Source: Acidobacteriota bacterium
GTDB lineage: Bacteria; Acidobacteriota; UBA890; WLXD01
Direction: 5' to 3'
DNA length: 64,000 nucleotides
Assembly: GCA_963666055.2 (NCBI GenBank)
Contig: CAXWPH010000007.1
Coordinates: forward strand, 1-64,000
Positions within the stretch are counted from its first letter, which is position 1. Every line of letters starts with the position of its first letter. The notes beneath the pieces are model-generated. The model saw nothing but the letters and a program-made list of their open reading frames with translations, had not been told where the DNA came from and did not search any database. The position numbers were made by a program, and so were the translations under genes. Positions 11,987 to 23,134 of this stretch are shown one piece after another.

Positions 11987-12177
11987 GCCACTGTCCTGTG
12001 GGACCGCCACAGATACAGTCCCAACGCGGGCACCGCGAAGAGCGCTAGCCAGAGCAGATCCCCGCGCCCTGCCTCGGTGGCCGTGATGATCCAGAGGAGA
12101 AGGTTGACGGAATACAACGCCACCGGCACCCGCCGGCCGAGAAGCGTTTCCCGCTTGCTGGCATGATCGTCATGCAT
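11983..12177 (-). CDS. Small 2-TM membrane protein
   Basis: Hydrophobic ORF, ATGA-coupled to the DUF422 gene. Confidence 0.5.
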   Translation of the reverse strand: MHDDHASKRETLLGRRVPVALYSVNLLLWIITATEAGRGDLLWLALFAVPALGLYLWRSHRTVA

Positions 12178-12323
12178 GATCGAAGCCCTTTCAGTTTCAG
12201 CCAGCATTTGCTTGCCGAGTGCTCCTAGTCGCGACACACGTATGCGCCAGTTGGGGCGGTAATGTCAAGTTGGTAGTAGCCGCAACCGTCGCGATTTCGA
12301 ACACCACACTGAATACGTGGCGT

Positions 12324-12394
12324 GGCTCGCGAGACTCGGCTAGGAACGCTACGGGTCCGTCGGCACGAGCCGCTTCAGCTCGTCGAACCAGTTG
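12324..12394 (-). repeat. Kinase-PD40 3'-tail repeat with downstream flank, inverted copy
   Basis: Reverse complement reads NWFDELKRLVPTDP* then cgttcctagccgagtctcgcgagcc, matching 12875-12944. Confidence 0.9.
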
Positions 12395-12514
12395 AAGTGA
12401 CCGAGGGAGGTGCCGGTCATCTGCGAGTGTCCGTGGAGCCGTTCGTTAGGAGAGCTTGCGGCTACGCCGCGGTCGCCATCGTGACCATCGCGATCGGGTA
12501 CCGCGACCCAGCGC

Positions 12515-12919
12515 GAGCCACGGTTCTCTCCCGACGGCCGTTACCTGCTCTATTCGTCGGACGAGACAGGAGATACGGAAGTGTTCGTTCGACGCTATCC
12601 AGGCCCGGGCGGTGCAGAGCAGATCTCAAACGAGGGCGGTTACGACGCGCTCTGGTCACCGGACGGTACGGAGATCTTCTACCGGAACGGGCGTCGGATC
12701 ATGGTGGTCGATGTCCAGACGGATGGCAACATCAAGGTCGGTAGACCGAGGCTACTTTTCGACGGGCCCAACCTCGGCAACGCCAAGTTCTATCGGGCCT
12801 GGGACGTCATGCCCGATGGTCAGCGTTTCATCGCCGTGGAGCGGGCTCCCGTATCGACCTTGAACGTGATTCTCAACTGGTTCGACGAGCTGAAGCGGCT
12901 CGTGCCGACGGACCCGTAG
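12515..12919 (+). pseudogene. C-terminal fragment of kinase-PD40 family protein
   Basis: FSPDGRYLLYSSDETG...WSPDG...LNWFDELKRLVPTDP*; no 5' part. Confidence 0.8.
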
Positions 12920-13070
12920 CGCGCTTAGCAGAGTCTTGCGAGCCTGCTTGGAGTGCGCTTTTCTCAGGGTGCCACCCTAGGTGCCACTCTATGCAACTCC
13001 CGGCACTTGCACAGAGTTGCATGGCCCGTAAACGTTGGGGTTATTGGGGTTACGGAAGGCCCCAATAAAA

Positions 13071-13113
13071 CTCATAACCCGAAGGTCGTAGGTTCGAATC
13101 CTACCCCCGCTAC
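13071..13113 (+). mobile_element. att-like 3' half of tRNA-fMet(CAT)
   Basis: CTCATAACCCGAAGGTCGTAGGTTCGAATCCTACCCCCGCTAC with no 5' half; preceded by a tandem ggtgccac pair at about 12968-12988. Confidence 0.85.
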
Positions 13114-13118
13114 TTAGG

Positions 13119-13170
13119 TAAGTCCCGGTGGCTCAGCAACTTACATCCCCGTGCTGGCCACCGGGACTTA
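13119..13170. terminator. Stem-loop after the tRNA-fMet fragment
   Basis: taagtcccggtggc...gccaccgggactta inverted repeat. Confidence 0.5.
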
Positions 13171-13579
13171 CTGCATCTGGCCGAAATGCCACGTACATGC
13201 CGCGATTCGGCTCCTCTCGGGAACGGGCCTCGCAGTCTCGACGCTCCCTGCTTCACGGGAAGCGCCAGCGTCATTCATTCGTACAGGGACCTGCCGATGG
13301 ATCGGTAGCGTCGTAGCTCAGTCTCACGAAACGGCATCGTCCGTGGACCCTCACCCGCCCTGACGGTACGCTTCAGGCGCTCACCCTCCCTGCTTCGCCG
13401 CGCTCCAATCCGCGAACAGATGCGGCTCACGCACGTCTACCAACCAGTGATCCTGCGAGCACTCATCAAGTGCAGCGACGTGGTCGCTCAACGACGTCGC
13501 CGACGCGGTCGGCTGTCGATGTCGTCAGTGATCGTCAAGACACTTCCATTGTGTGCACATCTGCCTCGCGACCGACGCG

Positions 13580-16272
13580 TCAGCGCAGCGGTTGGGGTCG
13601 CTCGAGCATCCAGATCTCGGCCCGTCTAGTCTCCACCGGAACGATGAGGGCGTCCCGGCCGACGGCGAACTTGGTGAGGGTATCGACCATCGGCAGGCCT
13701 CCCCGTGCGCTCCCCAGGTAAGTGACCTGAGTCACCGTTCCTTCCTGACTACGCATCCAGATCTCGTACTGTCCGCTTGCCTTCGACGCGTAGTACAGGC
13801 GCGAGCCGTCCACCGACCAGACCGCCCAACCCTCGTTACCGGGCCCTTGGACGAAGGGGCGGGAATTCGATCCGTCTGCGTTGATGATCCAAACGTCGGC
13901 CTCTCCCTCCTGAGTCGAGAGAAACGCGATGCGGCTCCCGTCAGGAGACCAGGACGGGAACTCCTCCAGCCCTGGGAGGAAGGTGAGCTGTTTGGGGTCC
14001 CCGCCCCCGCCGGCGATGTCGAAAAGCCAGAGGTCTGCGCTCCCTTCGCGGGTCGAGCTGAACACGATCTGGTTGCCGTCGGGAGAGACCGCAGGATTGA
14101 GGTCGTACGCGGGTTCTTGCACCTGCGTCAGGGGCAAGCCAACACAGTCCTCGCACTGGATCCACCAGATCCGGTACCCCCCCCTCGGTCGAGCTGTAGA
14201 CGACCGACTCTGCATCGGGTGACACGAAGTCAGCACCGATCTCTCGCGCAGACAGCTCCCACAAAGGCGTGAGTTTCTCCTCGTCCGTGGTCCCGACATC
14301 TCGCTGGTAGATGAAGCCGGCTCCCCGCCGATGCGCCGTCCAGGCGAGCTTACGCCCATCACGTGAGAGCACCGGATAGTAATTGATGTCGGCTTGAGAG
14401 GTCAGCCGCTCCGGTACTCGCCCCTGCACCTGTAAGCCCGAGATAGGATCGATCGACACGGAGTAGAGATGACGCTCGATGTGGCCGGCGACGAAGGCGA
14501 TCCTCGACCCGTCGGTGGAAACTGTTACATCGGTGTTATCGGTCAGCGGAAAGGTGAGGCGGACCGGCTGCCCGACGACCGCTCCCGAGTCAGCGTGCAG
14601 CGGTACAAACCACAGGCTCTTGTTCCCACCGAACTGACCTCTGGCGAGGATCAATCCCTCCCCGTTGCCCTGCACAGCCATCCCGACGACTTCCTCACCG
14701 GAGGGCACCAATCCAAGGGGTTGCGAAGAGCCGCCGCCGATGGGAACGCGGAGGACATCCAAATGACTCTCGCTCCAGACGAAGAGCGCGGTTCCTTCCG
14801 GGCTCCAGACCGGATGGGCATCGCCGCCGAGGTTTTCGATGACCGTGACAGGATTCCCCACGGCGTAGACAGGCACCACCGCGACGGTGCCGCGCCATTC
14901 GAAGGCAATCGAACTCCCGTCCGGGGACCACGACGGTCGCAGCCCCTGTTCGCGCAGAAGCGTGCTATTGCCGCCGTCCGCGGCGACGAGATAGATGCCT
15001 GCGCTGCTACCCGACTCGACGCAGTACGCGATGGTTTGCCCGTCCGGTGACCAAGCAGGGGCCACCTCGGCCTCCGGGGTGTCGGTCAGCCGCACGGAGG
15101 CCCCGCCATCTATTTGCAATTTCCAGAGGTCACGCTGTCCGTCGATCTCCGCCGCGTAGACGACCTCGAGTCCACTGGGAGAGAAGGTCGGACCGGCGGG
15201 CATGATCACATGGGAGGCCACCAGCGGCGTGATCTCAAAGTTGGCGCGCGTCGCGATCACAGTGAGCTTAGCTCCCGGAAATGCACTTCGGAGGGCGACA
15301 ACACCGCCTCCCCCGATCGCGGCACCGATGATCAGGAGCGCGGCCGCACGACCGAGCAGCGTCTTGGGCGAGCGGCTCTCCTCGGTCGCCGCCCCGTCCT
15401 GAGCGTCACCCTCCGCCCGCAACGACTCCAGGGCATTGCGGAGGTCAAGTACGTCCTGGTAGCGGCGCGACGGGTCCTTGGCGAGACAACCGTCGAGGAT
15501 GCGCTGCAACTGGTTCGGCAATCCCGTGCGATAGACCCGGACGGGCTTGGGGTCGGTGAGCAGGATCGCCGACATCACCGACACTGGGGAGTCTCCCACG
15601 AACGGTTGCCGTCCCGTGATCATCTCGTACAGGGTCACCCCGAGTGAGAACACGTCCGACCTGGCATCGGCCGGCCGGCCCCGTGTCTGCTCCGGAGACA
15701 TGTACGCGACAGTTCCCACGATCTGGCCATGACCGGTGGCGAACTCGGTAATCTGTCCGGAATCGGAGTCACCTGACATCGCGGCGAGCGGGGCCATTTT
15801 GGCCAGACCGAAGTCCGTCCAGGACTTTGACGCTTCCGTCTTGGGACACCATGACGTTGGCGGGTTTGAGATCCCGGTGCGTGATCACCTCCGAATGCGC
15901 CGCCGCGATCGCTTCGACGAGCGGGAGCGCCAATCGGAAGAACTGGTCCAGTGGCAGACCGGCCCGGGGAATTACATCGGAAAGTGATCGACCAACGACC
16001 AGCTCCATGACGAGGAACCGCGTATCGTTGCATCGGTCCACGCCGTAAAGCGTGACAACGTTCGGGTGGTTTAGCGACGCGGCGACACGAGCTTCCCGCT
16101 CGAAGCGACGCAGCCAGTCGCGGTCGTTGGCCAGGTCATCGGGAAGAACTTTGAGGGCGACGCGTCGTCCCAGAGTGGTGTCCTCGGCGGAGTAGACGGC
16201 ACCCATGCCGCCTTCACCGATCTTCTCCACGATGCTGTACTGGTTGAGCATCGTGCCGGTCCGGATCTTCAT
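13580..16272 (-). pseudogene. Ser/Thr protein kinase with TM helix and PD40 propeller, two frameshifts
   Basis: IGEGGMGAVY, VALK, HRDLKPAN, D|FG and YMSPE motifs. Breaks at a GGAC duplication (15813-15820) and a G8 tract (14177-14184). Confidence 0.9.
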
Positions 16273-16356
16273 GGTCGCGAACGCCTCATTGGGCCGATCC
16301 GTCCATCGGACAGTATCGTCGCGGCGGGCAGTCTCGACCGGCGTTCGTCCCAGTAC

Positions 16357-17187
16357 TTGGACCTCTCGCCGAATGACCAGCGCATCGCGCTTGAAATCGT
16401 CGGGGATGACGGGGACATTGACATCTGGATCTACGAGATCGAACGAGGGGGCAGCGGGGTGCGGCTGACCACGGAGGGCAATAACCGATATCCTGTTTGG
16501 TCGCCCGATGGAGAGTGGGTTTTCTTCGCGTCGGATCGGGGTGGCAACTACGACATCTTCAAGCGCCAGGCTGACCGGAGTTTCGACGCCGAGCTGGTCT
16601 TGGATACAGAGGCTGACGTGTGGCCGACGTCGATTTCGGCGGACGGTGAGATGCTGCTGTTTGACAGCGGGGCCTTGCCGAATCGCGACGTGGGGATGCT
16701 TGCTCTCGATACAGGTGATATGGAAATGCTCGTCGATACCGCCGCCCTTGAGATTTGGGGCAGCTTCTCGCCGGACGGTCGCTTCTTCGCCTTCGTGTCG
16801 AACGAGACCGGGCAAAATGAGGTGGTCGTGCGGGAGGTATCGAGCGGTCGGACATTTCCGGTCTCTACGAGTACCCGTGGTGGGTGGTTCCCTCGCTGGT
16901 CGCGGGATGGAAGGGAGATTTACTACCGCTCCGTCACGAGCCCAGGCATCCTCGTTGCGGAAGTGGATTTGGAGTCGTTTTCCGCATCCGCCCCTGTCGA
17001 ACTCTCGGACATCGGCATGCGTTCCTTTAGCAACTTCGATGCCACCGCCGATGGCCAGAAGTTCCTGGTGACGGTGCCCGTTGGTAGTGATGAGACTGGG
17101 GGCGACGCGGCACCCGGTCCACGACTCAACGTCGTGCTCAACTGGTTCGAGGAACTGAACCGGCTCGTGCCGACGGACGGCTCCTGA
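16357..17187 (+). pseudogene. C-terminal PD40 part of kinase-family protein, 5' truncated
   Basis: SPDG repeats, ends LNWFEELNRLVPTDGS*; no signal peptide or kinase domain upstream. Confidence 0.8.
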
Positions 17188-17255
17188 TGATCGGCAAGAC
17201 GCTCGGCCACTACGAGATCCTGGAGCCGCTGGGCGCAGGCGGTATGGGTGAGGTG
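17187..17255 (+). pseudogene. 5'-head remnant of kinase (MIGKTLGHYEILEPLGAGGMGEV)
   Basis: TGATG-coupled to the preceding tail; similarity is lost after the Gly-rich loop. Confidence 0.85.
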
Positions 17256-17299
17256 CCGACGCCATGACGCGCAAGCTCACGGCGAGCGAGGAGGGTTCA

Positions 17300-17749
17300 A
17301 TGAGATCGACTGCGGAAAGTGTCGTGATGGTGAGGCCGACAGTACGGTTGTTGGCCATGGCGCTCGTCGCCGCCGTCGCCTGGTCCCCCACCGCCGTCGC
17401 ACAGTCTGGCACGAGAGCTTTGGCCATCGACGATTACGAGCGCTGGCGAAGCATCGAGTTCCACCGCTCCGCGGCGATCTCCAGCGACGGCGCCTGGGTC
17501 GCGTACGTGTTCCGCTATCCCGACGCCCTCGACCAACGTCCGGTGCTGCACGTCAGGAGCCTCGACTCCGAGATCGACCACGAGATCCCGAACGCCACGG
17601 GGCCCGTCTTCTCGGACGATTCGAGGTGGGTCACCGCCTTCGTCGAGCCGCCGTACGAAGAGGCCAAGGCCCTGCGCGACGAGAGCAAGCCGGTGCCGCG
17701 ACAGGGGTTGCTGCTGGATCTCCAGACGGGCGCGCGCGGGACCTGGGAG
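17300..17749 (+). pseudogene. N-terminal fragment of secreted S9-type peptidase, truncated by IS6
   Basis: Signal peptide then ALAIDDYERWRSI...AISSDGAWVAY; ends at the IS inverted repeat. Confidence 0.65.
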
Positions 17750-18554
17750 GGCACTGTCAAGTTAAGGACGCGACGCTCGGCTCCGGGCGAGCTGCGGCCT
17801 AGAGCCGCCTTGCCTCAGGCGGTGACTACCTCGCCCCAGGTCCCAAAGGCCCGCCCTCGAAGCATCCGATAGTTCACGCATCGTAATCGATGCCGGCTCA
17901 GGCTGAAGAGGTTCCGGATAGCGCCGTGCACGGACAGAAACCGCTGAGCTTGAGCAGCGGATTTAAACCCGCGCATCTGCCTCTCCCTTTGCCGGGTCGG
18001 CTGATGCGAGACCTCTGCTCGGTTGTTCGCGTAGCACGCTGTGACATGCTCCACCGAAGGCATCACACTCCTGTGCGCCGCCCCGTAGCTTCCGAGCTTG
18101 TCGGTGATCAACCATCGAGGTTCGCTCCCCTGCCCCTTCAACAGCTTCCGAAAGAAACGCTTGGCAGCGTAAGCGTTGCGACGTCGTTGGACCAAGATGT
18201 CGATCACGTCGCCGTCTTGATCGACTGCACGCCACAGATAGTGGCGTTCCCCGCGGATCGTGACGAACACCTCGTCCAGAAACCACGTGTCACCCAACCG
18301 GCCCTGCCGACGCCGTAGCCTTAGCCGCATACTTGAGCCCGAACTTGACGCACCAGCACCGGATTGCCTCGTGCGAGACCGTCACACCTCGCTTCGCCAA
18401 GAGATCCTCGACGTCGCGGAGGCTCAGGTTGAAGCGGTGATATAGCCACACGGCGTGGCTGATGATCTCTGGCGGAAAGCGATGTCGATGGTAGCGCTGC
18501 CGGTCTTTGCTCATCGCCGGACTGTGCCAGGCTGCCGGTTAACTTGACAGTACC
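17750..18554 (-). mobile_element. IS6-family element, transposase 17815-18514 frameshifted near 18322
   Basis: IRs GGCACTGTCAAGTT / AACTTGACAGTACC; HRFPPEII, WFLDEVF, YLWRAVDQ and NNRAE motifs. Confidence 0.93.
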
Positions 18555-18699
18555 CCACCGAAGACGATATGCGCGACGCACTCGGCGCGGTTGCTGCCCG
18601 TACAAGGGCGAAACAAGGGCGATCGGTGGGAACAGCCGGCGAGGCCCGTCGTGGCGAAGACTCGTAACACCGTGCCGCGAAAGCGCTTATACTTCCGGC

Positions 18700-18772
18700 G
18701 GGCCGTTAGCTCAGTCGGCAGAGCACCGGCCTTTTAAGCCGGGTGTCCAGGGTTCGATCCCCTGACGGCCCA
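18700..18772 (+). tRNA. tRNA-Lys(TTT)
   Basis: Full cloverleaf; CCGGC-CTTTTAA-GCCGG anticodon arm; GGTTCGATCC. Confidence 0.95.
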
Positions 18773-18810
18773 CACTTCAACCCGGCTTCCGCGCAGCGGC
18801 GTTTCAGGGT

Positions 18811-18884
<74 letters not shown>

Positions 18885-19178
18885 CTACCTTTTTTTGATC
18901 ATCCGAGGGAGCTTCCGTAACTCTTCCGTAACTTCGTCCTGAGACCAGCGCCCGAGTACGATGGCAAGCTGCGTCACGACAAGGGCGGACTACAGCCGTC
19001 CTTTCCACACTCGCCCCTGGCCTTCCCCTCGGAAATCAACGACCTATAGCGTTAGATTGTTTACGAGGATTCCGAGCAGATAGCTCGGTTCAGGGACAAG
19101 AAAGGGACAATTAGGGGACAGTCCGCACGTCTCAAGTCGGGTCGGATGACGGCAGCCCCACGGGGACGCTAGGCGCTG

Positions 19179-19226
19179 GCTGATTCGTAATCAGCAGGTC
19201 CGCGGTTCGAATCCGCGCGCCGGCTC
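19179..19226 (+). mobile_element. att-like 3' part of tRNA-Thr(CGT)
   Basis: GCTGA-TTCGTAA-TCAGC arm plus GGTTCGAATCC, no D-arm; flanked by gggaca x3 and ggggtcc x2. Confidence 0.8.
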
Positions 19227-20195
19227 TTTATCTTCAATAATTTAGCATGACATCTAGAGCCAAGAATGGTTATGGGGGTCCTCTTAGGGGTCCAGGCTCA
19301 CTAAAATACGCGCTTCTTGCAACGGCACCGGGGTCCACAGCTTGCCGTGGTGTGCCGCAAAGGGTCCAGCCTCGCTTCTAACGCGAGTCCAGGAGTCCAC
19401 ACCGTGCCGAAGAGCCTGTCCGGAGTCACGCCGCGGATCCGTGGTGTCTGCCCTCTGGGTGTTGATTGTTGTCCTCGGAGCCGCCGTCCTGCTCAGCGAG
19501 CAGGTGGCGGCTGGTGTAGGCAACCCTCGCTTCCCCGAGCTGGTTGGGGCTACGGGACCCCGTGAAACCTCGCCGTCCCGGCAGCCGGAGCGCAAGGGTC
19601 CCAGTCGGACTCCCCCTCGAACTCTCGTTCGGTCCACGGGCGATCTAGCTCCACGGTAGTTACACGAATGCACACACCTAGACTCCGCCGTAGCACGGCT
19701 GCGGGGCCGCCAACGCCCTGCTGTGGCCGCAACCCTGGAGCCACAGGCCGGGCGTTGGAGACCGACGGGCCCCCCACAACAAGCCTGCCGACCGTCTCCG
19801 GTGCCAGACGGGTGACCAGGTCATTGAGTGTGCGTTCCGCGCACGCAGTCGTTGAGACACCGACAGGGCACCGCCCGCACCCGCCCACTAGGTTCAGGAC
19901 CTAGTGGGTGCAAGCCCGTGGGGGTTCAAGTCCTCTCTTGGGCACTACACGCAAACTACTCTGTACAAAGGAGATCCAACCGACAAAAGGCCGGATCTCG
20001 GCGCTCACGTTCCGAGCTGAATGTTCAGCGATCTAACATCTATCTAACATTTCGTCGCTGGTCCGCTGTCAACAGGGCTGAGTCCGGATGAGATTCTCCG
20101 AGGCAATCCTGTTCCGTCGACGGTTCCCGCCTTCTTTCTGGCAGGGTTGCTCCGGGGGATTTCGCTCCAGGACGCGTTGCCCTTCGCGCGTTCGC

Positions 20196-20850
20196 CTACC
20201 TCACCTTGGAGCGGACCGACTCGCTGGCCGCCTGCAGATCGCCGTCCGTCGGCGTCACGGTGCACTCTAGGCGGTCGCCCTTGGTGAACAGGTCGGTGGC
20301 GAGGGCGTCGGAGTGCGCTGCGATGGTGATGTCGCGCACGACCCTGCCGTCGACCTTCCATACGTACCGGTACGAGACGACGTCGTAGTCCGGGTCGTCG
20401 GTCACCAGCGGGTGCTTGATCTCGCACAACGGCACTCTGCGGGCCTTCGGCTTGTTGCGAAACTTGACCCTCTTGAGCGCCACCGGCGCCCGGTTCAGTT
20501 CGGGATCCCGCTTGGTCATGACCTCGTAGGGCATCGTGGCGAGCTTCTTGCCGTTGACGTGCAACTCGAGCTTCCAGGTGCCGGTGAACACGCGCATGCC
20601 GTTGACGATCCAGCGCTGCCTCCACCAGCTGTAGTGGAGAGAATCGATGTTGCCGAGCTCACGCGCGCCAGTGTCCAACGCGACGGAGTTATTGGGCCGC
20701 CGGAACACCACCCGCTGGGTACTGTTGGCCGGTAGGTTCTGCAGCAGGAACCAGATGTAGAGCCATTCATCGTCGGTCTGAAACTGGCCCGACGAGGGCA
20801 ATTGCTCGGGCGGTAGCTTGTCCTCGGCCAGCGTGCGGAGCTCTTCGTGG
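20196..20850 (-). pseudogene. C-terminal fragment of a beta-rich, probably extracellular protein
   Basis: Coding-like composition (DDPDYDVVSYRYVWKVDG...LECTVTPTDG); no credible start. Confidence 0.45.
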
Positions 20851-20906
20851 GCGGGAGACCTGGACCGCGCTTCCGGGAGGGCTGCGCCCGTCAAGCGATC
20901 TGCCCG

Positions 20907-21115
20907 ATGCTGGCACACGCCAGCTATCTGGTGAACCTGGCCTCGAGCGATGCGGAGCTGCGGCCAGCTTGCGGCTCGACCGCCACGCCGCCGGCATCGA
21001 CGAGGGCACCATCGGCAGCCGTGGATTTCGGGCGCCCCTGGCGGGACGAGCGGATCCGCCAGCTACCGGGGGGTGTTTTGGAGACGCCGAAAGGGCCGGA
21101 CAACGTCCTGGACTG
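20907..21115 (+). pseudogene. nfo: Endonuclease IV remnant, internally deleted
   Basis: HASYLVNLAS and VLETPKG motifs lie only about 150 bp apart. Confidence 0.55.
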
Positions 21116-22105
21116 TCGCACCGGGCACGGCATCACGCCCTGGCCGCCGGCAAGCGCATGCCGCGAAGCGTCCCTGGATGATATCGATTGTGCCCCAGCA
21201 AACGCGCGTCCTGAACCTGGGTCTGGAACCTGTACCGATGGAAAGCGAGTGGCCGCAGCTACCTCGGATGTCTCGATACGGACACCCCGACTAGCAGCGC
21301 CTCGCGGGTGATTTTACGGTTGCCCCGGCGCTCGCGGAGCTGCGGCGTGGTCGGGCTCAAAAACGGCGTCGAAGAGGCCGTCGAAGTAGATCACCGCCTC
21401 CATGTTGCAGAACTCATCGATGCTCAGCATACGGCCCGTCGGTGTCCTGTCCGGGGTGCTTTTTCACCGGATGTACCGGTCCCCGGCCATGAAGTAACGA
21501 GGTGTCGAGGCCGCGAGTGTCGATCGACGACAACGGCCCGTTGAGCTTGAGCCGGGTGCTGATGCGCTCGCCGCCGAATATCGGGCGGCTGGTTTGCGAC
21601 TCCGGCAATGAGTACAGGCCCCGCATGGCGCTAGAGACAGGGGACCCGGCGCTGCGCCCTGTGCACCTTGGCCGTTACCGACCGGGGCAACGGGACGAGT
21701 GAGCAGCCGATAGGTACCCGCAAGCGGCAGGTTGCTGCGCTAACGGGCGAGGTGAGTGATGGATCTTGAGCGGCGAGTCGAGCGGCTAGAGCGGGAGAAC
21801 CGGCGGCTGAAGATCTCGGGCTGTGCCGTGGTGTCCATCTTCATAGCGGTGGCACTAATGGGAACAGTCCAGCTACCAGCCTCAGCACTAGCCGGACTTC
21901 TTGCTGCTGTCAGCGTCGTACGGGGCACCCGCATAGACCAGGTATGCCCGGAAGCCGCTCAAGTCGAAACCCCTCGACATCGAGTTCAACTGGAGGGCGA
22001 ACAGGCGTCAGAACGGACCGCAGTAAAGCCTTGGTCAGCCTTCATCGCCAAGTCGCTGTTCGACGAACAGGTCGGAGAATCTGCGTCCAACCGCAGGAGG
22101 GCTTG

Positions 22106-22822
22106 TCATGCTGCGCATCTTGCCATCAGGTCCTGCAATTCATCTGTCATTTTCGACTTCGGAACTTTCCTCATTGATTTGTAGATTACAATGCCACGTT
22201 CCCGCATCTCTCGCTCGTTCATTTCGATGAGAGACACCGCCACGCAATGTAGCAACTTAACTTCGTACAACTTCACTTCCCACTTCAACGTAGAGCGGGC
22301 TTTGTTGTCTAATCCGAAGTACCGAAAGCTGGAATATGACGAATCGTGTTTCTGGAAACACTTTCTTATGTCCCCATCGGCGATGGAATCCATGCCTAAA
22401 GAACCACTGTGAGCGTTCAAGCGATTAACTATTTCGCGTCGTAATCCATCGCTGCTGCTCTTGTTCAAGACAGTCTTGTACAGCCAGAAGATGTTATGCA
22501 CTGGGTAAATGACCGAATAATTCATAAGTAGAATCAATCGTAAGGATTGCTCAATTGAAAGAAGAAGCAATTCAAAAGAAACGAATGGGAAAAACAGTCC
22601 ATCCACACTAGGCATGGTAGCCTTAGGGTTGTCGAGACAATGTAGCGACGCACGCTGATGCGCTTCTGCTCCAGCCATCATTCTTGGTGCTGCCGCCCTA
22701 ATTTCTTGCTGAGTTAATTCTGCCTGTGAGGGATGGCGCCGTCTTTTATCAGCCACCTTTATGGTCCTCCTCCCTGATAGTCGTCGCGTGGTACGTGGAA
22801 CTGATCCCGCCCCCACCGACAA
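22106..22822 (-). CDS. AT-rich hypothetical protein, HEPN-like pattern (start uncertain)
   Basis: SIEQSLR...HNIFWLY...FRY pattern; composition differs from the flanks. Confidence 0.5.
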   Translation of the reverse strand: MSVGAGSVPRTTRRLSGRRTIKVADKRRRHPSQAELTQQEIRAAAPRMMAGAEAHQRASLHCLDNPKATMPSVDGLFFPFVSFELLLLSIEQSLRLILLMNYSVIYPVHNIFWLYKTVLNKSSSDGLRREIVNRLNAHSGSLGMDSIADGDIRKCFQKHDSSYSSFRYFGLDNKARSTLKWEVKLYEVKLLHCVAVSLIEMNEREMRERGIVIYKSMRKVPKSKMTDELQDLMARCAA

Positions 22823-23134
22823 ATCCGTCCCGGCGCGATTGGAAGTCCACTCGAGGGAACCGACCCGAGGTCCTGAGACCTCGGGAATATGGCCGGCGGC
22901 CGAAGGCCGATGTTATCGTGAGGGCCCCGAACCCGCTGCGGTCCCTTGGATCAGGTAGGTTGGCCTCCCCGAATGTCCGCGAATCGCCCCGGGATTTCCG
23001 GAGACCGAACCACGAGGAGTATGGGGTCGGTGATATGCGGACTGCGTGGGCGCCGAGATAGAAGTGAGGAAGGTGGTGGGGCCTCTCGCGTTCAGGGATG
23101 TTGGCACGACCTCCGTTAGTGACCTGAGGATACG

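Noticed and set aside
12324-17187. Diversity-generating retroelement (tail copies as TR/VR)
   Set aside because: No reverse transcriptase in the window, and differences between copies are not adenine-specific.
16273-17427. Long N-terminal extension of the kinase in ORF 15769-17427
   Set aside because: It is the antisense shadow of 16357-17187; the kinase starts at 16272.
21756-22184. MDLERRVERLERENRRLK ORF
   Set aside because: Only about 45 codons look coding and the rest overlaps the opposite gene; an unassignable fragment.
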